Source: Schizochytrium sp. TIO01 (Eukaryota; Protista; Bigyra: Labyrinthulomycetes). Taken from it: a DNA stretch of 64,000 nt. The stretch's first letter is position 1. Each line of letters opens with the position of its first letter. The translations under genes were made by a program, and so were the position numbers. This document shows positions 1 to 14,239 of the stretch, in pieces. The stretch spans positions 1,588,436 through 1,652,435 of the forward strand of contig SMSO01000031.1 of assembly GCA_004764695.1 (NCBI GenBank), read 5' to 3'. The notes below the pieces were generated by a model. That model was not told where the DNA came from and did not search any database. It saw only the letters and a program-made list of their open reading frames with translations.

Positions 1-1799
1 GCATAATAAAAGCGAATGATGAAAAAAACATCGTGAAGGAAAGGAGAAGTGAAGAAATCGCTACGATGGTACCTGGCACTCTATACAGCTGAGGACTTTG
101 CAAACGCGAGATCAACCACAAACCAATTGCAACGTTACTTGCAAGGCAAGTTGATAAATACATCAGCAGCTTATAAGAGCTTCGATTAGCTGAGATTTTG
201 GGAAGCTACGAGTCAACGAATCAGGTAACCCAAAAGCTGGGCAATCTAAAGGTTTGGTTCGTATAGCTGTCGTGTCGTATTCACGGCACGTATCATCTAC
301 GATTTGATAACGAAGACAGGAAAAAACAAATGAGTTTAACACACATTAGGATAAAGCATTTTGAAGCACTGCAAAGATGCTGCACTGCTCGACTCTTATT
401 TTGTGCAGTTTGCTTTATAGACTCACTTGTAGGTTAACAACGAAGGTGCATGCTCAATGCAGATGAATACGCGAGCTGTTTGCTTTTGAGAATGCATGGA
501 ATGATAGCTACCACAGGCTAGTGGTCCTAGTACCTAGTAGGAAATGATGATTCTCATGACCTAACTCTGCGAGTTGAGTTCATGCAAGATCCTTAAAATG
601 GATTTTGATGGCGTCGTAAAGCTGACGAGATAGCCTTTTGCAAAGAACTGCAAAACTATGTCACAGATCTCGTAAAACAAAAGCGAGTAATACAGCTTCG
701 GAAACCTCTGCAAACTCTGGTGTTCTCAAGCAGTCAGTTCTTGCATCATTTTCCAATTCGGCAGTGCCAAGTTGGCTCGGAGTTCACAACTATGACGCTG
801 TTTCTTTGAACGGTGCGAATCGCATAAATCGCAACAACAGCAATAATCACAACCACAACAACAACGCCAGCAGGGTCCCCTCCAGCCCTCACGGCCGTTC
901 GTCGTGCAAGGGCCGCGCACTTGCTTTCCTTCGCCCGCCACCCAAGTTCAAGGCTTTGTCCATTTATGCACGCGGCCCATCGGCAGCGCTAAGAACTGCT
1001 AAATTGTGTACACATCCTCACACGATGGCGACGGATTATACAAGAAATTCCATGTATGTACTCACTCCTGAAGCATTTATTTTTCAGACTTAAAATTAAA
1101 AATACTTGTTACTCATTGAAAAGAAAGAAAGAAAAGAAAGAAAAGAAGAAGTTAAAATTACCAAAAGCTCTACGTAGCTAGTACTACTATCTCATTAGGC
1201 ACCTCGGTAATGAAGTGCGTACACAAGTTTATTCATTCAAGCGTCATTATCCTAATAAGTCATTCACTCATTCATCCATTCTCTCATCATTCATCATTTC
1301 CATACCTACACTCTCACTCGCTCACCCAAACTACCTACGTTCGATCTGTAAAATATGATATACCCATCTACCTACCAGACAGGACTCGCTGCTGGTGTTC
1401 TAGCAGTTTGCCTACAGCGCCATGCATGAGTAGTAGTAGAGTAGTAAAGAAAGTAAACGGAAGGCACACTCTTATTTCCTGGTGTCGCATGCGTCCCGTC
1501 CCTCTTGTTTGCTTGCTTGCTCTCCATTTCGAGTTGTTTTGCAGCGATTAGGCTTCATGGTTTGTTGTGCAATTATATTCTACGAAGGCAGAGGTGCCAA
1601 CCAGGAGTCCTATGGAGGTCGCTTGAGTTCTAGTACAATTGGGTGGTAGTAGAGAGACAGAACATCTGCTTAGTTTCCAGGTTTGTACAAACAAGGGAAT
1701 TGGAGCTTCGAATACTACTACATCTCCCGTGGATGCAGTATCTATAAACGTGGCGATTAATGATGAGGTTCGTGAACTCTCAGATGTCATGACGCTGGC

Positions 1800-2170
1800 T
1801 CAGGCTGGCAAGATATTTCGAAAAAGCCACTGTAGCAGGCCGTATCCAATGGTGTGAATTAAAACCCTGGAGCTTCAGTGATCTTTTCCTTAAGTTGTGC
1901 AGTAATTCTGGAGTGCATGATGAGCAAGTGCAGCATAAGCCGTCTGTCAAACCTTCAGCAGGCAAAAGAGCTAGATGAATGGAGGTGCAAACTTGTGATT
2001 GTGACGGTGAGAAGAAGAACATATTTGCAATAGTTTGCATCACGACATACACAGTACTTTATGATTGAGTTCAAATAGAGTATAGCTGGAGCAGAATAGA
2101 TTGGGTAAGTCGAACCTTGTTTGCTCACTGCAAATGCTTCTGCATCCAAAACTTCGTCACTGCACCAAGA
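1800..2170 (-). pseudogene. tentative decayed fragment of the nuclease-kinase family (nuclease half)
   Basis: Collinear weak peptide matches to ORF 54580-56736: SIIKY..CKYVLL ~ KIIRK..FKYALQ, GLTDGL ~ SWPNGL, RSLKLQG ~ TSLKKMKG (ORF-track frames 1955..2485 and 1780..2052). Aligned by eye; could be chance. Confidence 0.25.
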
Positions 2171-4136
2171 GCAACCAAACATTCTTCCTCCACTTATGGG
2201 AGGCAATGGTAGCAAGTTAGTACTGCTTGCGTTCGCACCTGAATGATGGATGTGGCTGGTGCACAAAGAAGAGGTTGGAAAAGACACGAATAATAAATTG
2301 GGGATCCTAACATTGATGTTGTAACCTGCCGAATTAAGGCTCAGCATCGATTCTTGGACGCAGACGAATTGGCACTGAGCAACGAGCAAGACAAGCTCTC
2401 TCTCTGTTTTCAACTTACTGTGAGTCTTAGTACGATCTATACTATAGTCGCTGCACGTGCTGCTGCTTAAGGAAGAAATGACCAAATAAACAACTTACTA
2501 GAGCACTCGCTGTCTTGCACAAAGATGAGAATTATCATTCCATACGGCCTTGCACCCAAGTATGGTCATAGAGACCACAAATGCAGCGGCCTTGGCTCTC
2601 TGTGATGAAGGAATAGGATACAATGGGAAATGCTTTGTAGGAGCCAAAGTCTCGCCTGAAACAACTCATTTTATTTTTATTTTTCCTTAATTGCTCCTGT
2701 TTATTCTTTTCTTTGTTGCGTTAGAGATTCTCGAGCTTCTCGGAACTTGGCAAAAGCAGCACTGCGGGGAGATATAACTAGGTATCTAAAGTTTTTTACT
2801 TCAATACTTCACTTGTCCTTCTATATCCAAATACAACATAGTCAGTTTTTTGTTTCTTTTGAATTTATAAAACATTTTTTTATTTTTTATTAAAGAGATT
2901 GTAAAGAATAATATTCTATAGTCTAAAGCTAAAAATAAAGAATCAACGTTCAACTTCAAGCCTCACAAAAGTTAGCAAGCAACTTAAAAATAAAATATAT
3001 ATACTTTTTCTTTTTAAATAATTATTATAAAAGGTGCTATTATTTATTAGTAGTCGTAGTAGTATCATTGTTGGCTTGTTATAGGGGTACTAACTTTTCT
3101 TACTTTCTTTTCTTTCTCAGTGCCGGGTTTGATATTATGTCAGGTAGAAGTTAGTGTTGTTATCCACGAAGATTTGAAGCGCCCTCATGTGGTTTACCGT
3201 GCAGCTTAAAGACCATCGCAAACTTGGCTCACCTGTGCTGTCATCCTTGCTTCCTCAAACATCGTTCCAGCAAAGTTTTGTTCTTGTACACTGTATTTAT
3301 ACTTGTGATTTCGTTGCAGATACGACTAAATCTCTTGTTAGTCACGCAGGATGACTCATTATGTTTGCGTCAGGGGGGAATGTTTTTGCGACCTAAAATG
3401 CCGCCAGCTAACCCAACTGGATTCCTCGCATTGTTTTTAAATGCGGCAAAGAAATTTACTTGAGACTAGAGAACAAGGAAGAAAAGAAAAGAGCTTGCAA
3501 GGTTCGGAAAAGGAAGGAGGAGTAATTTGACTCTCCCTCTTAGTTCGTGAGAAATCCAGCGCCCCACCAAGTTATCACATCGTACTAAAAAATTGTTATC
3601 TCATTCGTTTACAATATATATCATCTAATTATGGGCTGCTTGTTTAGTAATTTCTAAAGCTGAGTCAATAGCGACTAGCGATTCCCATTGAAGAATAGAA
3701 GAAGAAGAAAACGAAGAGTGCATTACATAATGAGGTTTAATTCAGTTATTCCCTAGAACTTTTCAACTCGTAAATTCATGTTCAATTCGATAATATTTTC
3801 ATGGAGCTGAGAAGGTAATATCACAAAGGATGATGTTTTCAATAAAACGCAAATCTATATTGTAATTATCTTTCTTATCTTAACTAATATTGTTCAAACG
3901 AACGTAGCCTGTTTTCTAGAGTATACAACGAAACATGATCAGTATCACTTACATTATCACAGTACAAAATGTGCGAGTGCTGTGTATCTATAATGTACGA
4001 AAGGAGCATATCTACAGAAAATAGCAGTGTTGCTCCATTTGATATTCTATATTAGCTTTTATGTATTTTTTTTTAATGAGAGTAGAGAAATCATTTCTAC
4101 AAATCTAGAGAAATATCATAAAACTGAGTTGTTTGC

Positions 4137-4495
4137 CCTGAGAAACTGGTACATAAAATCTCAGCACTTTGATGGACCTTCTATATTTTTAAATTAGCTA
4201 TTCTTAGAATTGCCATAAGGCTAATCAAATTAATCCTAGCGATCGATTTTACAACTGCTCAAAAGTGATAACCTAGCAGTCCGCCTTTTTCACTTTTCTT
4301 ATACTGATATGCAGACCTTTTATGAAAACGAATTGTGAAAATAATATGTTTGATGCGCTGATATACTTGCGTGACTATTTATATGTCTTACCTTTCCAAT
4401 TGTAGTTTATCCCACATTGATCAAAATTGCATGTCCTCCCTCCTTAAGATCATCTAAAACATCTATTTAATGCTATTATGGGTATGAAGAACCTT
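4137..4495 (+). pseudogene. probable decayed fragment of the nuclease-kinase family (nuclease half)
   Basis: PEKLVHKIS..*..IFKLAI ~ PEKIIRKLS..VFKYAL; FDALIYL ~ PNGLIYF; attatgggtatgaa ~ gttatgggatacgaa (VMGYE with a 1-nt deletion). Motifs are in the correct order, with stops and frameshifts. Confidence 0.4.
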
Positions 4496-6159
4496 GCTTC
4501 TTCAGAAACAACAAAAACAAAAGGAAGGTATGGAAGAAACGATAAGGATCTTATTTTATAAGTAGTACAATACAACATAAAAAGAGACTTCAAAACCACC
4601 ACCTGCCTAACTAGAGCTATCTTTATCTATCTTGTGTTACAATTGTTCATTCATGCTTAGCAAAGGTTGTTTGTTTGTTGTTTTATTCTAAAATGTAGAA
4701 AGGAAAATACTTAAAAAAATGATCTTTAGTACTACTATTCCTCTATTTCATTATTTTTATTATTTTTAATAGAAATAAAAAGAAATAAAACAAAAAACAA
4801 AGTACGATTCTATTTACCTTTTTAAAAGACAAGAAAAGTTGGCTGAAAAAGCGAAGAGAAGTGCGAAGAGTGTTTTTCTAATGAAAGAAGGACGCCATTC
4901 CAGTCCCGCGGAGGCCGGCCGACCTTAAGCGACCAATTCGCAAGCACCTCCGTGACAGCTTCATATTCTGGCGTGACATCATCGTCGAACCCAACCATTC
5001 CGCTGCCAGCCAGACACGCGATATTCCTGACTCCATACCCACCTAGCGGCAGCCAGTCAAACGAAGAACTCCAAGTTTCAACTTATAAAGCCACTGGCAC
5101 TTTGAGAAAATGGACAACAGAGGTGTGTATAATCAATCACCTATGTTTTAATATACACCCATTAAGACCCGATAGCCTGATTGCTAGCCCAATTGGCGAC
5201 GTAACGGGGGTAGGGTACTCTGGGAGTATGAGTGATGTGCCAACTTCTCATGAGCTTGAAAGTTGACGACTGTTTTCCTGACCACGAGTGTATTCAGGAG
5301 ATAGAAAGCAGGAAGCTCGAACGCAACATCGATTGAAGTTGTGCAAAAAGCACGATAAATTTATTGCTGACCACATCCATCATGACGCCCATATTGGCGT
5401 GCGATATGATAACCAAGCACACAAACTCTGACTTCGCTTCTGTAGGAATGACAAGACGACTTCGAGGCCACCATTTATTTTTCTTTTGCAAGTTAGGTGA
5501 TGTGTGCTAAGATCATCTCAGAAGAAGATAACGCAGTTGTGTGGAACTGCGAGCCGAACTCGTGAACGAACTTCTCTGCATCATGAGAGAAGAAGAGAGG
5601 GAGTCACTCAAGCATTCACCAGTGTTTTCCTTCGGTGACGAAAGCACCCAACCTCCTCCTTCTCCCTCTCCCTCCCTCCCTCCCTTCCTTTATCAAGTGT
5701 TCTCGCTCTTTCAATAGTATGGTTATAACGAAGATCATTCTCATGGATTCGCCGTCATCATAACCATCGTCTTCTTCGTCTATCGTTGATTGTGTCTTTG
5801 AGGGTCAGTTTCGTCGTTAAAAGCCTGCAGGCGACTTTGGGTTCGCAGTTGAAAGATCACGAGATTTTATTGGGGAACAAGAATATCTCTTGCGCAATTT
5901 GCTGCAATTTGCTATGATATTGCAGATCTGTCAATTAATCCATTCTGCGTTCTGAAAGCATCAAACCATTGGTTTTATTGTAAGCATTCGCACGCAAGAG
6001 CCACGATATGCTTTGCCTTGAGCTTTACCCAAGTGAAAGTGTTGGCAGCAAAGGCCTCTGTGAACATTTGCAAGAGATTCAATTTCTGATTGTTCATATC
6101 ATGACGAGCTTGTAGGTTGAAGGAAAGGTCATGGCGTTCGTAGGGTCTTTTTGCAACTG

Positions 6160-7270
6160 CCGAAGAAAAATACTGAAGAAGATTCGGTAAAAGCTTCAAA
6201 GCGTGCGGGTCGTTGCTTCAACGTTCGAAAGTTAATTTGCACCTTTTCTCTACCCACCCCGTGCTCTTTCCCTCTCCCAAGGGATCCCTCCCTCGCTGGT
6301 GACCTTTTGCCACTCTTTGCAAATATTGATCAGAAAATGAGCAGTCCTTATCTATGATACTAGTGGCAATATGTGAAAGATGATGGGTGGTGCGTGAGCA
6401 AAGCAAGGGTTTAACGCAAGTAAATATATATTGATCATGGGTTTTCATGAGAGTATGCAATACCAGCTGCTTTTGGTTTTAAATCACAGGACTAGCGGTC
6501 ATTCATCGCTAGCTTAATCGGGATCTTTTGCGTTCCTCACCGATGGGAGGAGTGAAAACTGCCGTAGCATCGTAATTATCAATTGTGATGATCCCGCATT
6601 AGTTGTTGGGTTTATGGGTTTATAGCCCCAATTTCAGACAAAGTTCTCATTGGGACCGCCAGATCAGGAGCACCTAGTTTATTCAGAAGCAGTAGAACCA
6701 GAAGACAGCTTTTTTGCTCATGTCAAAGCATTCAGAAAAGTGGCGTTTGACGATTACGGGTGACCAGACAGACAACTATTCATCAAAATGTGTCGATTCT
6801 TTAAGGGGCCTTTATTGGAGAATTGTTATTGACCTAGAGTATCCAAAAGTGATTCGTTCAATAGGTTGAGTAATACGGTATTAGTTATCTACCTAATACC
6901 TTAGAAGTTCTCAAAAATTAGAGAAGCCCATTTGCATGGTGAGCGTCCTAACAAAGTACAGCAAATATCATAATTGGCAAAGCTCCACCGCATCTTGAAA
7001 GCTTGAAGAATTTTTTGAATATAAAAAATCATCTGATAAACAATGCGGGCGCTGCTGTGCACGACCTGGTATCCCATTATAAATTCCATTTTCCATATTT
7101 ACGTTGCAATACCAAGCGCAGCAACCGATTCGAGACCGCTGGTAGGATTTAACCGGATTGATTTACATACTCCTTCTGGGATTGATCGGGTATAGCAAAA
7201 GAAGAAGGTTAGTTTAGATAGCATCACTGATGCACATATTACGCAATGAGGATCGATCGCTTTTCTGAAG
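6160..7270 (+). pseudogene. tentative decayed nuclease-kinase paralogue
   Basis: Collinear motifs: EEK..RR..FK, KVNLHL ~ KLNFWL, IMGF ~ VMGY, VPH, SCWVYGFI ~ GCLFGYGII, VIDLEY ~ VIDMRY, PPHL ~ TPHL, AAVHDLVSH ~ AIVTDVCGH. Many stops and frameshifts. Confidence 0.35.
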
Positions 7271-8559
7271 ACCTAAAGGCTTAGAAATTTACCACTATAG
7301 AAGTGGTTAGATGATCATTAGCGAATGCTGAAGATTCATTATATTCATCTGACTTTAGATTGTGCCAATATATAATTTTTTGCTTTTTCTGCAACAAGAC
7401 GCAGCTCTGTTTTTTCATTTCCGACAACAACTACAATCACATATCGACCAATAACTTCGCATTTGTAGTGTAAGAAAACAAGCCATTCTGAACTTGATTT
7501 AATTTTGATTTTGATCTAGGTTTTTTTTTTATTTATTTGATTTTTTAAGCAAAACTAAAAAGCAATAGGTTCAAACTCCATGCAGTACAAAGTCGCAGTG
7601 GGAACCCTCCCATTTAACCTTCTGCCACGGGTATCACTGTTGCATCCTGCCACCGTCCAGGCTTCATGGGGCCGGCTCAAGAGACGCTGCGGGTGATGAT
7701 GGCTGAAGATAAATCTCGACTTGCAACTTCTCGTAGTAGGATTCTCTACCCTCACCCTCTTGCGAGAGGGGGTGTGCACCCACTGAAGATACAGCGTTCA
7801 TGTGTCCCTGCTGGGGGGTTTTGCCATTGAAGAGCGATTCCTCTCATGAGGTTCTGAAAAGCCAGTTGTTTATGAGTTGCTTTCGAGATTCGAGCAGCCA
7901 GTAAGCTCTTCTTGGCAATGGGAATGAGAAGCGCAATCATGTAAAGTGCGGGCAACGAAGCTCGTGTTCTCTGCGCTAGAATCTGCGTGTGCGACAATAG
8001 GTATCTTTCATAAATCTTGGTCGGTTGCTTTATTGTCTTATTATAAAATAGAAGAGGAAAGAGGAGCCTAATTGCAATTGTATTGAGCGCATCGTTGAAT
8101 CATACGAGCTCTCTGATGGTCAACTGGTTTCTTGGTTGATCAGCTTGTGCCCATTCGAACGTACAAAGGTCAACGCACAGTTCGAGATGTTGAAATTGCG
8201 ATGGGAGGGCGCGGGATCTCGAAATACGATGTTATGGGACCTTGTTCGCATGAGACCATTTTGGGATCGGTGTCTGCAACTTCCCTTATTTTGCTCGACT
8301 GGACGTGGGAACAGGAAACAGGGATGAACCTAAGTCCCGAGGGAGGCGACGAAGGATCCCGTGATGCCAATGCTGCCATCTGACGCGCGTGCGCGCATGT
8401 AACTAGAGCGATCCGTTGTAGAATCAGAAGCCACGACATGGATGACAAATTGGTGAGTGGAGAAGAGGTTAAAAGGCGATGGAGATGAAGAAGGTCTCAG
8501 ACTAGTTGACCTTTGGTCGCCCGACTGGCGTAGTAAGGATTTCACGGCTTTCCTGCCGC

Positions 8560-9100
8560 TATCGTCACCTTCGGGGAGGCTTTCGAGTGCCAGATTTAGC
8601 AAAAGTACCGGACTTTATCGAGCAACAGATGCAATTGACTGCCTGCTGCTCTAGCGTCGGTGTTGGTGCTTTCTGAAGTCCAGGACGTGGCACGTTCGAA
8701 CGACTTTATCGTGTGCAATGAGGTTGCGCTGTCCACATTTCCGCATGAATTCTACTATATTTGCTGCCATGTATTCGTAGTGCCAGCGCATTGTCAGCAT
8801 CAGCTGCTGCTGTTGTTCCTGTGAAAGAAAGTCGCGGCGGTCAACGCTTAAGGCTGAAAGTGCTGCCGAAGCACCAAGACCAAGTCCCAAGACGGACAGC
8901 GCCATCGAGGCTGGACTTGAGGTTGCTCAGCTTTGGCATCCCAATATGTGCTCTGTCTCTCATCGCCGCGTTCTCCAATGGAGAAGCTATTCCGCTGCAA
9001 ACACTCGGTTCTTGCTGCTTCGCTTGGCGCGCTCGCTCACGTGAGGAACTCGAGTGACGCTCATGGCGTTGAACTCTTCGTGAAGCCTCGAGGATAACTC
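8560..9100 (-). pseudogene. decayed kinase half of the nuclease-kinase family
   Basis: A single reading frame with stops contains SSRLHEEFNAM ~ RARFKLEVRAL, VPH ~ TPH, LSVDRRDF ~ LSDRRDVEF, HYEYMAANIVEF ~ HQDIKPANIVEH, TCHVLDF ~ TVTLIDY, then SPV and DD, in the correct order. Confidence 0.5.
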
Positions 9101-10050
9101 TGGGCTCACAGCATCCGGTTAACGGGACATTGCTGCGGTGTGGTGTGTGGCTAGCTACTCGGAATGCACCAAGGTCCGCTGGTGTTTGATGTATATTTCC
9201 ACGAGGGCAGTCAATTTGACATAACTTTTGGTGTTTTATTTATTGTCAGTCCTTGCGTCAAGTTTGTTTGTTCTTTTCTCTCTTTCCTAAAACAACAATA
9301 AATAGATCTATCCACAAGCGACACAAAGATTTGTAGCTTGCCAAAGTACCGCCAGTTTCTGATAAAATACGAGTCTGATCTAGACCGACCCACGCCGACA
9401 GAGTTGAAGCCGTGCCATAGATTGAGGAAGCGTTGTCCCCAACTTAAAACTCATGTTTTCTCAGTGGTCGTGAAAGAAAGTCAGAAGTCAATTGAGTTTT
9501 GATCTTGATTTCTAAACAACCCTCTCTTCATTTGTTACCAGTGATGTTAAAAAAAATATTAAAATATCTCTTTTAATTTATTTAATTAAAATTAAAAAAT
9601 GACGACTTGCAGCTCTTTTGACGCGCATACTTGGACATTGGCATTATCAAACTCAAAAATAAATACATGCTACCTTGGGCAGGAAGCTGGAAAGCTAGGT
9701 GAGCAATTGCTGTATATTGCTGCTGCTGATGATGATCGAAAAAGAAAAGAAAAAAGTATGTTCCTACCTATTAGATGCGCATAACTTGTCAAATTGAAGA
9801 ACGGACAAGTTCTAAGATTTGTAGAATCAAAGCTCTCGTTGACAAACAGCCTTAAAGAAACTTTCTTTGAAGCGCTGGAGAGAGGAGGGGGGGCAAAACT
9901 CTAGCACATACGCTACCTCTGACACTTGCTTGCTTAATTGTACAGGTTTGTTTTTTCACTATTGAAGGTAGGTATGGAATGGTTTGTGCTGTGGAGGACA
10001 GTAACACGGCAATTAAACCGTGAGAGAAACGATCCTACGAGGAAAAGGTT

Positions 10051-10375
10051 ACCAGTGGTGGAGTGGAGCCTTGCAATGCGAACTCAATTCTCAAAAGCAC
10101 GAGTTTTCGTTTAGAGTTCTACATCTTTTTAAGAAGCTGTATTTCTTTTAGTTGGTAATGCCAGTACTTTCGGTTCTTTACACCCAGTGTGTGCAAGCAA
10201 GCGACTTCTTGAAGGTGGTCGGAAGCCAGGCAGCTAATGATTATTTATACAATAAAAAGGCCACTTTCAACGAAGCTCCGTTTGCAAGCAAACCTCTCTC
10301 GGAAAACCCGTTGATCTACCCGAACTCAACTTGCATTCAGATACATGTCGGGATCTCCATAGATTACACAGCCTT
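10051..10375 (+). pseudogene. tentative decayed kinase fragment of the family
   Basis: TSGGV (exact), FRLEF ~ FKLEV, KPLSENPLIYP ~ KPANIVEHIYP (same spacing), IDY; collinear. Confidence 0.35.
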
Positions 10376-11399
10376 TGGGCTGGCATGGATTGTAGGTAGG
10401 TACTACCTAAAGACTGCTTCGATGATGATGAACTACTAAAATGAAAACTCATCAATCAAATTCTTTTGCCGCAAATAAGTAGTAAGTAAGTTCCTTAGGT
10501 AGATATAAACCTAGAAGTGGCATGATAATACCTTCCTTTGAATCCTGCCACCATTTCAATGTTCCATCACGGCAAGTGCTGAGAAAGTGTAGGTTGTTTC
10601 ATTAATTTAATTATTTATTGAATTTGCAGTTAGTTAATTATAAAACAAGTCAGCCAACCAGTAAACGAACAGAAGACCAATCAGTCAGTGCGCCCAGCTT
10701 CAGCGAAGGAAGTCTTCAAGTTGTTCGGAGCGGTGATTGTGTGATTATTGGTGTTTTCTGCAAAATGGTTTATCTCGGTGTTCTTTCCTGAAGCTTTTCA
10801 ACTTTTGCTTTGCGTCCTTTCTTTAATCTTTTGTTGATTTAATCATCTGATCAAAAGAGGTGAGGAGATCAAGAGTGAAGAAGGAACAAACAACGAACAT
10901 CACTCCATTCGGTGGGAGGATTCTTCGGCTGATAGGTACCTACATTGAACCTACTTCACCGCACAAGCACCTTCATCGGTACCTCCCCTTTCTTGAAATT
11001 ATATAATTTCATCCATGGTATGTGTATCGACTCAATCACTAATTCACCCCTTTGTGATTATTTATAAATAAACATATATATATATATTATTTTTTTACAC
11101 TGAATAAATACAAATCATAAATTCAACATCCAGAAAGAGAAGAAGCCAAGGTGTGTGAAAGAGGGAGTGTAATCGAATCATACATGGATGAGGTAGCGAC
11201 CAATTGATTCATAGGTAGTAGATACCAACCTACCTCCCTTATCGCAAGCTGCCTTGGCTGCTGATTACTGCTATGGTTGTGAATGGACGATGAAAATGTG
11301 CAAACAGGGGAAAGGACAGGTGGCAGCATATACAAGACTCGGCCCGAGGCCCGCGAGCAACCTTCTTAATTACTATTAGGCAAGGGCACACATTTCATA

Positions 11400-11680
11400 C
11401 ACTCTCGAGTCAATCATCGTCGCGGCTTTAACTCGTTGACTCAAGTTGAAGTTACTCATGGTGGTTTTCTGTTGTGTATCATCCTGAGCTGCAGCTTGTA
11501 ATGTACCTAGACCCGCAGAAGCTGGCGATCTCATGCGCTTATAGAAGAACTTGATTCGCCCATGTAGATAGAACCTTCTACTCTGTGGCCTGATCATGAA
11601 CAATTCGAGAGTGTGGTGGAGGCAGTGCAACTTCGATTGCATTGCATGTGAGTTTGTAAATGGCATCTCCGGCTTGAACG
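11400..11680 (-). pseudogene. tentative decayed nuclease fragment of the family
   Basis: FYKRMRS..LQAAAQ ~ GYEVRKT..YQAAAQ and MIDS ~ LIDS in ORF-track frame 11376..11666. Confidence 0.25.
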
Positions 11681-12378
11681 TTCATCAACGAAAACGCATG
11701 TGCCAACATCCTGCCTACCTGCTATCCACTCTTATGTAGGCACCGAGCTAGGTCGAGAATGGAATTGTGCAAAAGAGCAATGCTGGCAAAAACAAAAACC
11801 AGCGCACGAGAGACCTCGCGGCGGCATTATGAAAGTCCACCTAGTCAGCAAAGACACAACAAATCAAGCACAAATAGTTTAGCCTCATGCATCTTTGTTC
11901 AGAGCGGCGTAAAGACCTGCTTGCTTTTCACGTGTGTTCTCAACATTATTATTGATAAGTAGGTATTCTTCGAAGTGGCTACTGGTGCACGTGGGTAGAA
12001 GGTATGCCATAATACTCTGGCCAAGATGGAGATGCCGACTTACTACCTACGTAGCGAGCGAACAGTCGTAGCAGTGGTGGATTCGTCGATGGACACACCT
12101 CGAAGAGCCAAGAGAGTGAATCGTGAATAGAATCCTGCTATTAGGACAGAAGCTCCAAGAGGTGCAACACGTGCAGGTCAAGAAGAGAAAAAGCCCTACT
12201 GCTCTTACAGGCCGCGTCCGGTGGCATTCGCACCACGTGTCCATTCCAAAGAATGAAAAAATGCGAAATGATTTTATACTTATATTCGTTTATTTGTATT
12301 TTATGATGAGTAGAAGGCAGACAAAGACAGGTGAATGAGTGACACATCGTCGATCGCGATATGATACGAAGAAGGCAA

Positions 12379-12424
12379 GGCTTTGCTTTGCTTTGCTTTG
12401 CTTTGCTTTGCTTTGCTTTGCTTT
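12379..12424 (+). repeat. (GCTTT)n microsatellite
   Basis: About 9 perfect pentamer units. Confidence 0.9.
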
Positions 12425-13667
12425 GGTCGGAGTTTCTGGGCTACTTCTGCACGTGTTCGGAGCGGAGCTTTCGTTTCTAAGGCTGGCTATTTGATGGGCT
12501 GTTGTTTATTTAGTAATGCGTGCTCGAGCGAATGAGGAATTTGTTGGTCTACTTTCTGTTTACTTTATTTTAACGAATGTTTTATCCCATCGCTTTTAAA
12601 GTGTGTGAACAAGAGAGGGAGAGGGAGAGAGTCAATCAATCAATCAATCAATCAAAATCCATCCTTCAACCATTCAAGAGTCCTGAATTCCGCACGCACT
12701 GTAGGTACTTATCGAGTAGGTCCAAGGCGAATACACAAACAGCGTGAAGGAGCCAAGTTTGACAGCGCAACCCGCTCTACAAAAGCCGTATTCACATGCA
12801 AGTCTGGAGAAGTCAAGGTCCACTATTACGGAAAAAGAGGCGGAAGTAAAAGAGAAATGAGAAGAATGAAAGTTTCTCCATAGCACATCCTACGAAGTTC
12901 CTACCCTAATACTAAACCGATTGAAAACAACGATTAAATACATTCTATAGAATTAGCGCTTCATTCTTTTAGCCTCATTATATAATAATAAACATGAGCC
13001 AGTTTTATATTTAAAAAATAATAAGATAACAAATAACAAATAACAAATAAAAATATATGTGTGTATATATATCGTGCGATGATAAATGAAAAGAATAATT
13101 GTGATGAAAACTATTGCGAAAATTAATTCTGAAGAAATGAAAGAAAGAAAAGAGAGAAATGGTGATTCAAACTTCAAAGCACTGTCAGGCGGAGCACGGG
13201 CTTGGGCTCGCGGACTCGCTCGGCAGCAGCAAGCGCAGGAAGGTCTGCAGCGAGCGCGGGACGAACTCGCAAGCACGCCAGCACGCCCGACCTCGACGAA
13301 CGTGGACGCAGGACCACCGGTAAGTGCCGCACACACACTCGCTCGCAGCGACGGCGGGTACGCACCGCATCATCATCCCTCCATCCCTTCACATCCATCC
13401 CACTCCCTCCCAGCCGCCTTCGGCCAGCTAGCAGGCCAGCGATCAGGCCTCTGCATGGAGAAGCAGTGCGGATCGGGGTGGTCAGCACGGCTTACTTGCC
13501 AAGGGTTGCCTCGCTCCGAGACCGCAAGCCCAGCCTCGAGCAAGCGGTGAATAAGAGCGGATTCGCGTTCCTCTTTCTTTCTTCTTACTTTCTTTTTGGC
13601 CTTTGTTACTCCTTTTGCTTTCTTTCGCCTTCCTTTGCGTTCACGGACCTAGTGTCATACATCGCAG

Positions 13668-14183
13668 GTGAGCGTTGCTGTTGCCGCTCGCATCCTCCAG
13701 CGTTTCGAGGGCGGCATTGCCTTTGACGGCGAACAACTATTTCTATTGATACTTTTGACCGCTTCGGTGAAAGAATGAATAGAATAGGCACGTAAAGAAG
13801 GGACGAAAGTAATGAATTCTCACGCTAGCAATGAGGAAGATAAAGAAGGAGGAAAAGGGTAGAAGCGCGCACACACACATACACGGCAGCATGGACACCA
13901 CTGTTGTGTTAGCATCTTGACCTTTCACACCAGTAGTGCCAGCAGCCGATAGATTGACTGATGCGAAGGAGGATGCGAAGGATGCATCAGATTAGAAAGG
14001 ATGTGTTGACAAGGATGATTGCGCAGCTTGGAAATGGATGCGTTGTTGGAATGAATTTGGGAGGTGAAAATGTCGATTGACTAACTGAGAACTTGGTGTT
14101 CATGCAAAATAAATAATGTGATGGCGGGACAAACTATCTGGATAACTTTACATCTTTGCAAATACTGCCACAAATAATAACAG
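13668..14183 (+). other. putative 5'-UTR intron of the G-alpha gene
   Basis: CAG|GTGAGC donor at 13668; TGACTAAC branch consensus at 14078-14085; no AG from about 14091 to 14181; CAGCAG acceptor(s) at 14181-14186, about 55 nt before the ATG. Confidence 0.45.
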
Positions 14184-14239
14184 CAGATACCGATTGAACA
14201 GAAGAAAGCAGTTTTTTATCACAAGACCAACTCTGCACA

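Noticed and set aside
638-1093. 151-aa ORF with Asn/His run (also the ORFs at 12953-13726 and 25745-26329)
   Set aside because: Low-complexity or GC-rich promoter/microsatellite DNA that avoids stops by composition; no recognisable domains.
1955-2485. SWIM zinc-finger-like CVC..D..CKY
   Set aside because: The conserved His is missing, there is no ATG-led gene context, and the flanking motifs fit a nuclease-kinase relic as well or better.
6900-7400. LRR/F-box-like leucine spacing
   Set aside because: No consistent LxxLxLxxN/C register across frames.
8136-8327. FEMLKLRW resembling the Harbinger transposase FG.LK.RW motif
   Set aside because: A single short motif with no DDE triad or TIRs.
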